From positions 95,184 through 119,183 of the forward strand of contig CAZTAO010000003.1 of NCBI GenBank assembly GCA_964611645.1: a stretch of DNA of 24,000 nucleotides, in the 5' to 3' direction. A model generated the notes under the pieces. The model was not told the origin of the DNA and did not search any database. It saw only the letters and a list, made by a program, of their open reading frames with translations. Positions 7,032-14,243 of this stretch are shown here, piece by piece. The stretch comes from an uncultured bacterium. Lineage in GTDB: Bacteria; Armatimonadota; UBA5829. Position numbers and translations under genes: made by a program. How positions within the stretch are numbered: position 1 is the first letter of the stretch; every line of letters starts with the position of its first letter.

Positions 7032-8000
7032 CTACAAACCTCCCAGGTGGTTTTCCGCTCGGAACTCGGCGACATCCGGCAGAGCGCTGGATTTGGCAAA
7101 CGCCTCAGCCTCATCAAGCTGCGCGCCAACCCTTTGGCGGACGTCTTTCAGCGCTTTGGCATTCGCCGCGCCGGAGTCCAACAGCCTCTTCTCAAAGGTG
7201 ACAATCGGGTCGTGCTCCCGCCAGTAGCTTTCCTCTTCGCGAGTTCGCAGCTTGCAGTCCTGCAGCACCATGCAGTGCCCCTCGTGCCGCAGGGTCTTGC
7301 ACTCCAGCAGCGTCGGCCCTTTGCCCGATCTCGCGCGCGCCACTGCTTTATCAGCCGCAGCCTTCACTTGCTCCACATCGTTGCCGTCCACGGTCACACC
7401 GGGAATCCCATACCCGGCCGCCCTGGCTGACACATCCGGCAAGGGCATCACGTCGCAGGACGGGGTTGTCGCGGCCCAGTGGTTGTTCTCGCACACGAAC
7501 ACAACCGGCAGACACCACAGCGCGGCCATGTTGATGCTCTCATGGAATGTGCCCTGGTTGGAGGCGCCATCGCCGAAGAAGCTGATTGTCACCTTACCAT
7601 CGTTCTTGTAGAGGCTCGAATAAGCGAGGCCGTTGGCCATTGGTATTCCGCCGCCGACTATCCCGTTGCCGCCCATATACCCGATTTCCGGCGCGAAGAT
7701 GTGCATAGACCCGCCCCGGCCCCGACTGTAGCCTGTCTCCTTGCCCAGCAGTTCCGCCATCACCCGCTTTGGCTCGCAGCCCTTGGCAATCGCGTGGCCG
7801 TGGCCCCGATGGGTGCTGACCACGTAGTCCCCAGGCTCCAGCGCCGCGCAGACACCCGCCGCACACGCCTCTTCGCCGATGTACAGATGCAATGCCCCGA
7901 CCAGCAGCCCCTGCCGGTGCAAGGCCTTGGCCCGCTCCTCAAACCCTCGGATCAGGAGCATTGTCTCCATTAGCTTCATTGAATCAGTCTGATTTTTCAC
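7032..8000 (-). CDS. 2-oxoacid dehydrogenase E1 component, alpha subunit (TPP-dependent)
   Basis: YIGEEACAAGV, HRGHGHAIAKG, GGSMH and the TPP motif GDGASNQGTFHESINMAALWCLPVVFVCENN. I place the start at GTG 8000, which overlaps the mttB-like stop as GTGA. The alternative is ATG 7979. The ORF-track start at 8105 would overlap the upstream gene by 109 nt. Confidence 0.85.
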   Translation of the reverse strand: MKNQTDSMKLMETMLLIRGFEERAKALHRQGLLVGALHLYIGEEACAAGVCAALEPGDYVVSTHRGHGHAIAKGCEPKRVMAELLGKETGYSRGRGGSMHIFAPEIGYMGGNGIVGGGIPMANGLAYSSLYKNDGKVTISFFGDGASNQGTFHESINMAALWCLPVVFVCENNHWAATTPSCDVMPLPDVSARAAGYGIPGVTVDGNDVEQVKAAADKAVARARSGKGPTLLECKTLRHEGHCMVLQDCKLRTREEESYWREHDPIVTFEKRLLDSGAANAKALKDVRQRVGAQLDEAEAFAKSSALPDVAEFRAENHLGGL

Positions 8001-9484
8001 GCTCCCAACAGCTCTTTCCTCGCGCTCGCGACTATTCCATCCAATTCCCTGACCCAATCCGCAGTCCGCTCGACGGGCTGGTAGCCCTTCATCTGCTCCC
8101 GCCACATCTGGTCGGCCTCATCCAGTATCGCATTCTCATCGGCTTTCCACAGGCCGGTGGTGGGGTCGTCGGTGCGGAAGAGCGGCGAGGAAAACATCTC
8201 GCGGAAGTGGGCGATGGTATGCTCGCTGCCGATCATGTTCTCGCCGGTTTCGATGGACTCGCGGATAAGGTCATACGGCACGGTCTCATCGCTCACACAT
8301 ACCTCTTCAGGGACAAACAGCGCCTTCTTGATCTCGATATCCAGCACCGCCTGGGTCGGCGAACCGACACCGCCGTTCCCAATGGTCCCCACGCCGGGGT
8401 AATTGAACACCGTGCTTCCCTGCAGCCTCATATTCCTGTGCATCCCGCCCAAGCTCTCCACCACAGCCTGAATGCCCGGCTTCCTGGCGGCGGGGGTGAA
8501 GAATGTGTCCACCCGGATATGGCCGCCGAAGAATGCGTTGAACAGTTCCTTCACGCCGATATTCGCCAGCGAGGATTCGACCGTCGCGCTGGTGACATCC
8601 GCGGTTCGCATATCCAGCATCGATGCCAGCGCGCGGCCCGTGATGTCGGCATCATTGTTCTGGGTCCATACGGCCACCATCCCCCCCAGTATCTCAGCCG
8701 CCATCATCACAGTCGCGCCTGCGGCTGTGACGGGAGTGTTGAGGCCAATCACCATCATCGTAGCAACGTGGTACCGCCCGATCCCCAGCCTGGCCCGCTC
8801 CACGGCTTCCTCAGCGGAACGGTAATCAAAGGCCAGCGGAGGAGTCACGCACTGCGAACCTGCGAGGTAGGCCGATTCCTTCGGTTTGCCGGTCATAAGC
8901 TCGCCGACCGCCTGGATATACTTGATCATCTTCGGGTCGATGGCCTCGATGCCGCCGACTTTGTCGGTGATCTTCAGCGCCATTGCCAGCGACTCAATTC
9001 GCTCGGTCTGCGGCGGCGCGTCCTGGCGGTACCAGTTTGCGATGTAGCCGATCTCAGGCACGCTGTGCGCCCATTTGTGCATATCGGTGAATATCCTGGA
9101 GTCCACGGGCAGCACCCGCTCGGTGGGGTAGTCGTAGTATGCGGTGGGGCCGCAGTCGAAGACGGTTGTCCGCATCATCTTCCTCATCCGCTGCTCTTCC
9201 CGCTCACGTCCGCCGGTCCAGGTGAGGAAATGGCCGTAGTCTACGATGCCGAAGCGGTTGATGAACTGCTCTCGCTCGTCATCCTCCGTCCGGGTCCGCG
9301 CCTGGCTCAGAGCGAACTCCTCGATCAGCTTCCGAGGAATCCGCACGCGCCCGCTTGGCGACAACTCGCACCCCGCCGCAAGCATATCCCCCTGCATCTT
9401 CTCATGCTCCACGCGCATCCCAACGTCCCCAAGAAGCCGCACCACATCATCCCGCAATCTCTCCAACTGCGACTGAGTCAACAT
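7997..9484 (-). CDS. MttB-family (trimethylamine/quaternary-amine) methyltransferase homologue, non-pyrrolysine
   Basis: 495 aa. The N-terminus LTQSQLERLRDDVVRLLGDVGMRVEHEKMQGDMLAAGCEL..GRVRIPRKLIEEF and the overall length fit COG5598/MttB-superfamily proteins as I recall them. There is no in-frame TAG. AGGAGGAG Shine-Dalgarno at about 9492-9499. Confidence 0.65.
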   Translation of the reverse strand: MLTQSQLERLRDDVVRLLGDVGMRVEHEKMQGDMLAAGCELSPSGRVRIPRKLIEEFALSQARTRTEDDEREQFINRFGIVDYGHFLTWTGGREREEQRMRKMMRTTVFDCGPTAYYDYPTERVLPVDSRIFTDMHKWAHSVPEIGYIANWYRQDAPPQTERIESLAMALKITDKVGGIEAIDPKMIKYIQAVGELMTGKPKESAYLAGSQCVTPPLAFDYRSAEEAVERARLGIGRYHVATMMVIGLNTPVTAAGATVMMAAEILGGMVAVWTQNNDADITGRALASMLDMRTADVTSATVESSLANIGVKELFNAFFGGHIRVDTFFTPAARKPGIQAVVESLGGMHRNMRLQGSTVFNYPGVGTIGNGGVGSPTQAVLDIEIKKALFVPEEVCVSDETVPYDLIRESIETGENMIGSEHTIAHFREMFSSPLFRTDDPTTGLWKADENAILDEADQMWREQMKGYQPVERTADWVRELDGIVASARKELLGA

Positions 9485-9513
9485 ATACCGTCTCCTCCTA
9501 GAAAAGCACTATT

Positions 9514-9827
9514 AACATCGATATACAGGATGGACAGGATAAGAGGAACGATCCACAGATGACGCAGATTTCTGTTGGCAGTTGGCAGTTGACGGTTGCC
9601 TGTCACCTGTATTCGAAGCTCTCAATCGTGTATTAGCCCAATTCCCCCTTTGAAGGGGGCTTCCGCAGAAGGGGGATGTGAGCGGCGTACCGATCACGTA
9701 CAATGTCAGCGATAGGAAGTCACATCCCCCCCACTGCGTGGCCCCCTTGCCAAGGGGGAATTGGGCAGCGTGCTTCTCCAACCGTCAACCATTCCCGTCC
9801 CCCAAATCCCGTATATCCTGTCCATCC
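9514..9827. repeat. ~300-bp composite palindromic (MITE-like) intergenic element
   Basis: Module order is A(9514-9541) B(9551-9569) C(9588-9598) D(9637-9687) D'(9720-9765) C'(9778-9790) A'(9814-9827). GGATGGACAGGATA at 9528-9541 is the inverted complement of TATCCTGTCCATCC at 9814-9827. GCCCAATTCCCC...GGGGAATTGGGC and GGGGGATGTGA...TCACATCCCCC are also inverted pairs. Confidence 0.8.
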
Positions 9828-9830
9828 ATG

Positions 9831-11189
9831 TCAAATACCCGAATTCACCATCCCAATAGCCTCATCCAGCCCCCGCAGCACGGTGTCCAGTTCCTCACGG
9901 GAGATCACCAGCGGTGGGGCGAGGACCAGGATGTCGCCGTTATTCCGCAGGATCATGTTGTGCTCCAGGAACCAGTCTCTTATCTTTGTGCCGACGCCTA
10001 GCTTGGGGTCGAGCGGCTTTTTGGTCTTGCGGTCGGCCACAAGCTCGATGGCCCACAAGAGGCCGATGCCTCGGATATCGCCGACTATCGGATACTTGTA
10101 GAGCTTGTTCAGTTCCTGGGTCATGTACGCGCCGTTCTCCGCGGTACGCTCGACCAGCTTCTCTTTCTCCATCAGTTTCATCACAGCCAGTGACGCCGCG
10201 CAGGCGAGGGTGTGGCCGCCATAAGTGCCGCCGGAACGGAACTCCTTGCCCGGTTCGCCCCTGAAGATATCGGCGATCCGCTGAGTGGTGATGGTGGCCG
10301 ACAGCGGCACGTAGCCTCCGCTGATGGCCTTGCCGATGGTCATGATGTCCGGCGTGACATTCCAATGCTCGCAGGCAAACCACTTGCCGGTCTTGCCGAA
10401 CCCTGTCTGGACTTCATCGAATATCAGCAGGATTCCATATCGGTCACACAGTTGCCTGATCCCTTCCAGATAGCCCCTGGGGGGCAGCGGGTAGCCGGTG
10501 TTGGAGCCGGGGATGGGGTCCATGATCATCGCCGATATGGTATCTGGAACCTCCGCAAGAATCGCGTCCTCCACTGCTTTGAGGCAGGCGAGGCCGCAGG
10601 TCTCCCGCTCCTGGCCCAGCTCGCAATGAGCGCAGGATGCGGAGGGCACGAACACAGTTCCCGGCACCAGCGGCTCAAAGTATTCCCGGAACCACGACAG
10701 CCCGGTAATAGCCGCGCCACCGAGCGTAGTTCCGTGATAGGAGTTCCTCCGAGCCAGCACCTTCCATCGCCGCGGCTGGCCGTTTTGCAGATGGAACTGC
10801 CGCGCCATCTTGATAGCGGCCTCGTTGGCTTCGGACCCGCTGTTCACGAAGAATGTCACCGACAAATCCCCCGGCGCAACCTCCGCCAGCTTGATGGCAA
10901 GTTCGATGAGAGGTTCGGTGAAGGCATCTACGTAGTTGGGGAAGAACTCGAGCTTGTCGATCTGGTCTTTGAGCGCCTGGTTGATCTCGGGCCGGCAGTG
11001 GCCGCAGATGGTGGTGAGCAGTGAGGCAAAGGTATCGAGGTAGCGGTTGCCGTTCTCATCGATGATATAGCAGCCCTCGCCCCCCGCGAATATCTTGGGC
11101 CCCTTGGCCAGTTCTGCATTGCTGGCAAAATGCGGAATTATGTATCGCAGCGCCGCCTCGTGAAGCCGGTCGCTCTTCTCGTTTCCCAT
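9831..11189 (-). CDS. class-III (omega) pyridoxal-phosphate aminotransferase
   Basis: SYHGTTLGG, LIFDEVQTGFGKTGKWFA and PDIMTIGKAISGGYVPLSA (PLP lysine in TIGK). Length 452 aa. Confidence 0.85.
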   Translation of the reverse strand: MGNEKSDRLHEAALRYIIPHFASNAELAKGPKIFAGGEGCYIIDENGNRYLDTFASLLTTICGHCRPEINQALKDQIDKLEFFPNYVDAFTEPLIELAIKLAEVAPGDLSVTFFVNSGSEANEAAIKMARQFHLQNGQPRRWKVLARRNSYHGTTLGGAAITGLSWFREYFEPLVPGTVFVPSASCAHCELGQERETCGLACLKAVEDAILAEVPDTISAMIMDPIPGSNTGYPLPPRGYLEGIRQLCDRYGILLIFDEVQTGFGKTGKWFACEHWNVTPDIMTIGKAISGGYVPLSATITTQRIADIFRGEPGKEFRSGGTYGGHTLACAASLAVMKLMEKEKLVERTAENGAYMTQELNKLYKYPIVGDIRGIGLLWAIELVADRKTKKPLDPKLGVGTKIRDWFLEHNMILRNNGDILVLAPPLVISREELDTVLRGLDEAIGMVNSGI

Positions 11190-11249
11190 CGGTTGCCCCC
11201 TGTGAAACTAAACGTGCAGGATTACATTATAGCCCTGCAGGCCAAAAGA

Positions 11250-11430
11250 GTCGACAGTCAATAGTCCACAGTCGACAGTGGTTGACGGTGGACGAAGGTT
11301 GCCGGTTGTCGGTTGACAGTTGACGGTTGGGAACGGTAGTATCCGCAGATGACGCAGATGAACGCAGATGGGGAAGGGAGTTGACGATTGGGAATGGAAG
11401 TATCCACAGATGGCGCAGATGGGGAAGCGG
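11250..11430. repeat. intergenic tandem/modular repeats (GTTGAC-type and CGCAGATG-type)
   Basis: GTCGACAGT occurs twice (11250-11258, 11271-11279). A 29-mer CGGTTGTCGGTTGACAGTTGACGGTTGGG lies at 11303-11331. A 61-nt unit (11318-11378) is tandemly duplicated as a 52-nt unit (11379-11430) with 6 substitutions and a 10-nt AACGCAGATG indel. Confidence 0.85.
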
Positions 11431-11469
11431 CATGTGAGGTCTCTGACTTCCAACCTCTAACATCTAGAC

Positions 11470-11544
11470 TGGTGGGCCCACTCGGATTCGAACCAAGGAC
11501 CAAGCGGTTATGAGCCGCCCGCTCTACCGCTGAGCTATGGGCCC
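11470..11544 (-). tRNA. tRNA with anticodon CAT (elongator Met or Ile2/lysidine type), CCA encoded
   Basis: The reverse complement GGGCCCA-TA-GCTC-AGCGGTA-GAGC-G-GGCGG-CTCATAA-CCGCT-TGGTC-CTTGG-TTCGAAT-CCGAG-TGGGCCC-A-CCA folds by hand into a 75-nt cloverleaf. Position 1:72 is a paired G-C, so it is not a bacterial initiator. Confidence 0.9.
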
Positions 11545-11556
11545 ACGCTGGTATCT

Positions 11557-11585
11557 ATTATATCATCTGGCGGCGGAAGGGGCAA
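11557..11585 (-). promoter_or_regulatory. sigma70-like promoter of the tRNA gene (predicted)
   Basis: Minus strand: TTGCCC (11585-11580), 17-nt spacer, TATAAT (11562-11557). The -10 ends 12 nt upstream of the mature tRNA 5' end. Confidence 0.5.
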
Positions 11586-11636
11586 CGGCGAATTCGCGCA
11601 ATCCGGATCAGGCTCCCTCTTCCGCACAGAGCCTCA

Positions 11637-11663
11637 GTCCCATTAGTGTCCCATAGGTCCCAT
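11637..11663. repeat. GTCCCAT-type short repeat module
   Basis: GTCCCATTAGTGTCCCATAGGTCCCAT. The 12-mer CCCATAGGTCCC (11650-11661) recurs at 5960-5971. The inverted form ATGGGACTAATGGGAC...TTATGGGAC lies at 14335-14368. Confidence 0.75.
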
Positions 11664-11743
11664 CGCGCAGAGATTTCCTGAAATTCCCGTTTACATTCCG
11701 TTCTGTCGCTGCATCTAACTCAGGAAAGACAGAGGTACCGCGG

Positions 11744-12214
11744 TTGGCGATATCCGAAGAAGAACTGGTGGCGCGGGCACAGTCGGGCGACACGGGGGCA
11801 TTCGACGCCCTCATTGGCCTGCACCAGCGGCGGGTCTTCGCGCTGGCGTTCCGGATGCTCGACAGCGCCGATGATGCCGCGGATGTCCAGCAGGAGACTT
11901 TCGTTCGCGCTTGGCGGAGCCTGCGCAAGTTCCGTGGGGACGCGGCATTCTCCACCTGGCTGCACCGGATAACCGTCAATTTGTGCCTGGCCAGAAAGCG
12001 CCGCAGGCATTTTGAATGGCTCAGCCCGGCTATCGAGTCGAGCCTGGGAGACCCCACGCAATCGGTAGGGGCCGCCTGCCTGGTGAGGACAGAGAGGGCG
12101 GTGGCGGTCAACAGCGTGGTAGCCTCGCTGCCGGCGCATTACCTGGCGCTGATTGTGCTGCGGGAAATCGAGGAGCGGCCGTTCGAGGAAATTGTGCGGA
12201 TTCTGGGCTGCTGA
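11744..12214 (+). pseudogene. ECF-type sigma-70 family factor, 3'-truncated
   Basis: Region 2 is DAADVQQETFVRAWRSLRKFRGDAAFSTWLHRITVNLCLARKRR. Region 4 starts LPAHYLALIVLREIEERPFEEIVRILGC and then hits TGA (12212-14), before the expected recognition helix (GTVKSRLxRAR-type). The sequence beyond belongs to a transposase fragment on the other strand. Confidence 0.6.
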
Positions 12215-12914
12215 CTTTCATCACGCGACACTCAGGATCAGAGGAAGATGCAGACTTAGTGCCTGCTTCCTTGAGCACCCTGGCACGCTCGGCCAGAATC
12301 GCTTTCCGCCTCACTGGGTCCTTCAGGTCTTCGGGCAGTTCGTTCCCGTTTCCATCGCCATAGAGTTGGTCCTCAGCAGAATCCGTCGTCTCAGCCTTGC
12401 GAAGCGTCTCGTCCACAGCGGCCAGTTCCCGGGACAAGTTCTTGGCATCGTAAACTGACTTCCTGGAAGCCTTGGCGGCAATCTTGGTAGAGTCCACTGA
12501 AACTACGTTCAGAAGCACCAGGCCACACGAAGCACACAACCTCACGCTGTCCACAAACAGCAGCCTCAGCTCCTCATACTTCTGCTTCCGAAAACGAGCT
12601 ATCGTATGGTGATCCGGAGTCAGACCGTCAGCAAGCCACATATAGCGCTTGTCGTTCTTAGCCAAGTCCTCAATCTTACGGCTGCTGAAAGTGCCCTTAG
12701 AATATGCATACACCAACAGCTTTGCCAGGACGCGTGGAGGATACGCAGGACAGCCACTATCGCTATAACCGGATTCCATAACTGACCAGTCCAGATTCTC
12801 CATCACGTCGTTGAGCGCGCGGACGTCACAGTCAGCGGCAACTGCGTCATCCAGACTGGTCGGAAACAGCAGTATCTGTCTCCTATCCAAAACCGAATCC
12901 TTGAATCTGCCCAT
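12215..12914 (-). mobile_element. IS1182/IS5-type transposase, N-terminal fragment only (DDE domain missing)
   Basis: The InsH/DUF772-type N-domain reads CPAYPPRVLAKLLVYAYSKGTFSSRKIEDLAKNDKRYMWLADGLTPDHHTIARFRK. Homology-like sequence ends at ...SSSDPECRVMKVS (~12213), where such transposases normally continue into the catalytic domain. The rest of ORF 12108-12914 is antisense of the sigma gene. GGAGGG Shine-Dalgarno 7 nt before ATG 12914. Confidence 0.6.
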
Positions 12915-12989
12915 AGCGAATCCCTCCTATAGAGGAATTCGACAAACACACCCATAATACCTGTACAAAAAGAGCACTTTTGAGACAGC

Positions 12990-13024
12990 CTGCAGGCAAC
13001 TGAAGCAACGAAATATGCCAATGC
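12990..13024. repeat. direct repeat copy 1 flanking the TetR-SMR pair (possible IS end)
   Basis: CTGCAGGCAACTGAAGCAACGAAATATGCCAATGC, immediately after the SMR stop codon. It matches 14096-14129 at 29 of 35 aligned columns in the same orientation. Confidence 0.7.
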
Positions 13025-13366
13025 TTAATGCGGCGATCCACTCAGATTCAATCCAATAACACCAAGAATGATGAGTAGAATCGAGATGCCCTTTGCCACG
13101 GTGAACGAGTCGCGGAAGATTATGATGCCACCGATGGTAATCAATGCGGTTCCAACGCCTGACCAGATTGCGTAGACCATGCCAATATCCAGCTTCTTGA
13201 CAACTAGGCCAAGCAAGAAAAAACAGAAGATGTAGCATGTCACCATAACCGTGGTCGGACCGGTACGCGTAAAGCCCTGACTGGCCTTCATGCTTAATGT
13301 CCCAATCACTTCGAGCAGAATCGCCGCGCCAAGATACACCAAACTCATCACCGGTATGTTATTCAC
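13025..13366 (-). CDS. SMR-family (EmrE/QacE-like) small multidrug efflux protein
   Basis: 113 aa with four hydrophobic helices. It has the membrane Glu in AAILLEVIGTLSMK and the YAIWSGVGTA motif. GTG start 13366 shares one nucleotide with the TetR TAG stop, and AAAGGAGG lies 6 nt upstream. Confidence 0.85.
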   Translation of the reverse strand: MNNIPVMSLVYLGAAILLEVIGTLSMKASQGFTRTGPTTVMVTCYIFCFFLLGLVVKKLDIGMVYAIWSGVGTALITIGGIIIFRDSFTVAKGISILLIILGVIGLNLSGSPH

Positions 13367-13911
13367 TATGATCCTCCTTTGCTCTTTGCTGATTCTGATG
13401 CCAACACCAGCAATCGATCGAGAACGTGTTTGCGCAATTCGCCTGTTGGTGGCGAGAATGCAAATAGATCGGCCAGATATAATCCATCTGCAGCTAGACG
13501 AATGATTGTCGCCAATACAGGATCACCGCCATCTGTTTCGGCCTGATGCTGCCATTGTTGATATTGCTGACGCACAGTTGCCAATAATGAAGGATCATTT
13601 GCGATTGCGGCCAGTAGGCCGACTCCAAAGCCCGCATTTTCCGCATCGTCGAGTGCAGAGGCCAGTAGATAAGCGCGCATCCATCCTCCCGGCACATCTG
13701 AATGGTGGTGCGCGATTGAATCATTGAAATGTAAGACCATCTCTGTGAGTAATCCCTGAAGCAGTGCAGTTTTCGTGGGGAAGTGATACAATACACCGCC
13801 TTTGCTGACCCCCGCTTCTTTCGCCACGGCGTCCAACGTCAGCCGGTCAGCACCGTCGCGCTGTACCACAATGCGTGCAGCATGATATAGCCGTCGTTTT
13901 GTATCCTTCAT
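13366..13911 (-). CDS. TetR/AcrR-family transcriptional repressor
   Basis: HTH LTLDAVAKEAGVSKGGVLYHFPTKTALLQGL. I place the start at ATG 13911 (MKDTKRR...), because the ORF-track TTG at 13947 is the TTG of a consensus -35 hexamer. Confidence 0.8.
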   Translation of the reverse strand: MKDTKRRLYHAARIVVQRDGADRLTLDAVAKEAGVSKGGVLYHFPTKTALLQGLLTEMVLHFNDSIAHHHSDVPGGWMRAYLLASALDDAENAGFGVGLLAAIANDPSLLATVRQQYQQWQHQAETDGGDPVLATIIRLAADGLYLADLFAFSPPTGELRKHVLDRLLVLASESAKSKGGS

Positions 13912-13917
13912 ACACAT

Positions 13918-13947
13918 AGTATACCGTCCAGCCGGTGTAGTTGTCAA
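13918..13947 (-). promoter_or_regulatory. near-consensus sigma70 promoter of the tetR-smr operon (predicted, probably leaderless)
   Basis: Minus strand: TTGACA (13947-13942), 18-nt spacer, TATACT (13923-13918), then ATGTGT, then ATG (13911-13909). Confidence 0.55.
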
Positions 13948-14095
13948 CCTTGGACTCAGCAGAGAAGCGCCGTCACTTCTTCGTTGCTTCGATCGGCTCC
14001 GATCGAAGACCGACTCGCAGAGGCGGCAGGTTCGGCTGTATCACTTTGGAGGGATGCTTCCTATGATGTTGAATGTGCGTGGCTTTCGGCCCCGG

Positions 14096-14129
14096 CTGCA
14101 GGCAACCGAGCAACGAAGCATGCCTAAGC
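14096..14129. repeat. direct repeat copy 2 flanking the TetR-SMR pair
   Basis: CTGCAGGCAACCGAGCAACGAAGCATGCCTAAGC; see 12990-13024. Confidence 0.7.
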
Positions 14130-14173
14130 CTACAGCAATTTGCTGGAACTGACAGAGCCATTTTCACCTTAAC

Positions 14174-14212
14174 GGGCGGGGATGGGGGTTGTCAGCGGGG
14201 GCGGTCGGGGGG
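14174..14212 (+). other. G-run tract with G-quadruplex potential
   Basis: GGGCGGGGATGGGGGTTGTCAGCGGGGGCGGTCGGGGGG contains five runs of at least 3 G on the plus strand. Confidence 0.5.
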
Positions 14213-14243
14213 CGGTTGATGGTGGAGGGCGGTTTGAAACGCG

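Noticed and set aside
8001-8105. N-terminal extension of E1-alpha in the ORF track
   Set aside because: It would overlap the upstream mttB-like gene by 109 nt and adds non-homologous sequence. GTG 8000 (GTGA overlap) or ATG 7979 gives a normal-length E1-alpha.
7997-9484. Pyrrolysine-containing MttB
   Set aside because: The ORF is uninterrupted with no in-frame TAG, and no pyl genes are in the window. It is a non-Pyl family member.
7892-9562. 556-aa plus-strand ORF
   Set aside because: It is antisense to the well-supported MttB-family gene. Its composition is Arg/Pro/His/Gly-rich and low-complexity, as is typical of shadow ORFs in high-GC DNA.
10212-11024. 270-aa plus-strand ORF
   Set aside because: It is antisense to the class-III aminotransferase.
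11250-11430. Possible CRISPR array (also considered for 16397-16463)
   Set aside because: The repeat words are only 7-10 nt, directly tandem, and lack ~30-nt unique spacers. No cas genes are present.
11208-11503. Three overlapping ~80-aa minus-strand ORFs (also 16212-16674 and 14169-14469)
   Set aside because: They are translations of the tandem repeat modules (peptides such as ICAICG, STVNRQPST, LRSSASSAD). One also runs into the tRNA gene. They are not genes.
12108-12214. C-terminal 35 aa of the 268-aa transposase ORF
   Set aside because: This part is antisense read-through into the sigma factor gene (SPESAQFPRTAAPRF...), not transposase sequence.
12990-14129. Integron gene cassette with attC sites
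   Set aside because: No intI gene is present. The flanking repeats are direct rather than imperfect palindromes with an R''/L''-L'/R' architecture. The cassette also carries its own promoter.
13973-14167. 64-aa minus-strand ORF next to tetR
   Set aside because: It has no ribosome-binding site or motif and spans the direct-repeat copy. It is more likely non-coding IS-end or remnant sequence.
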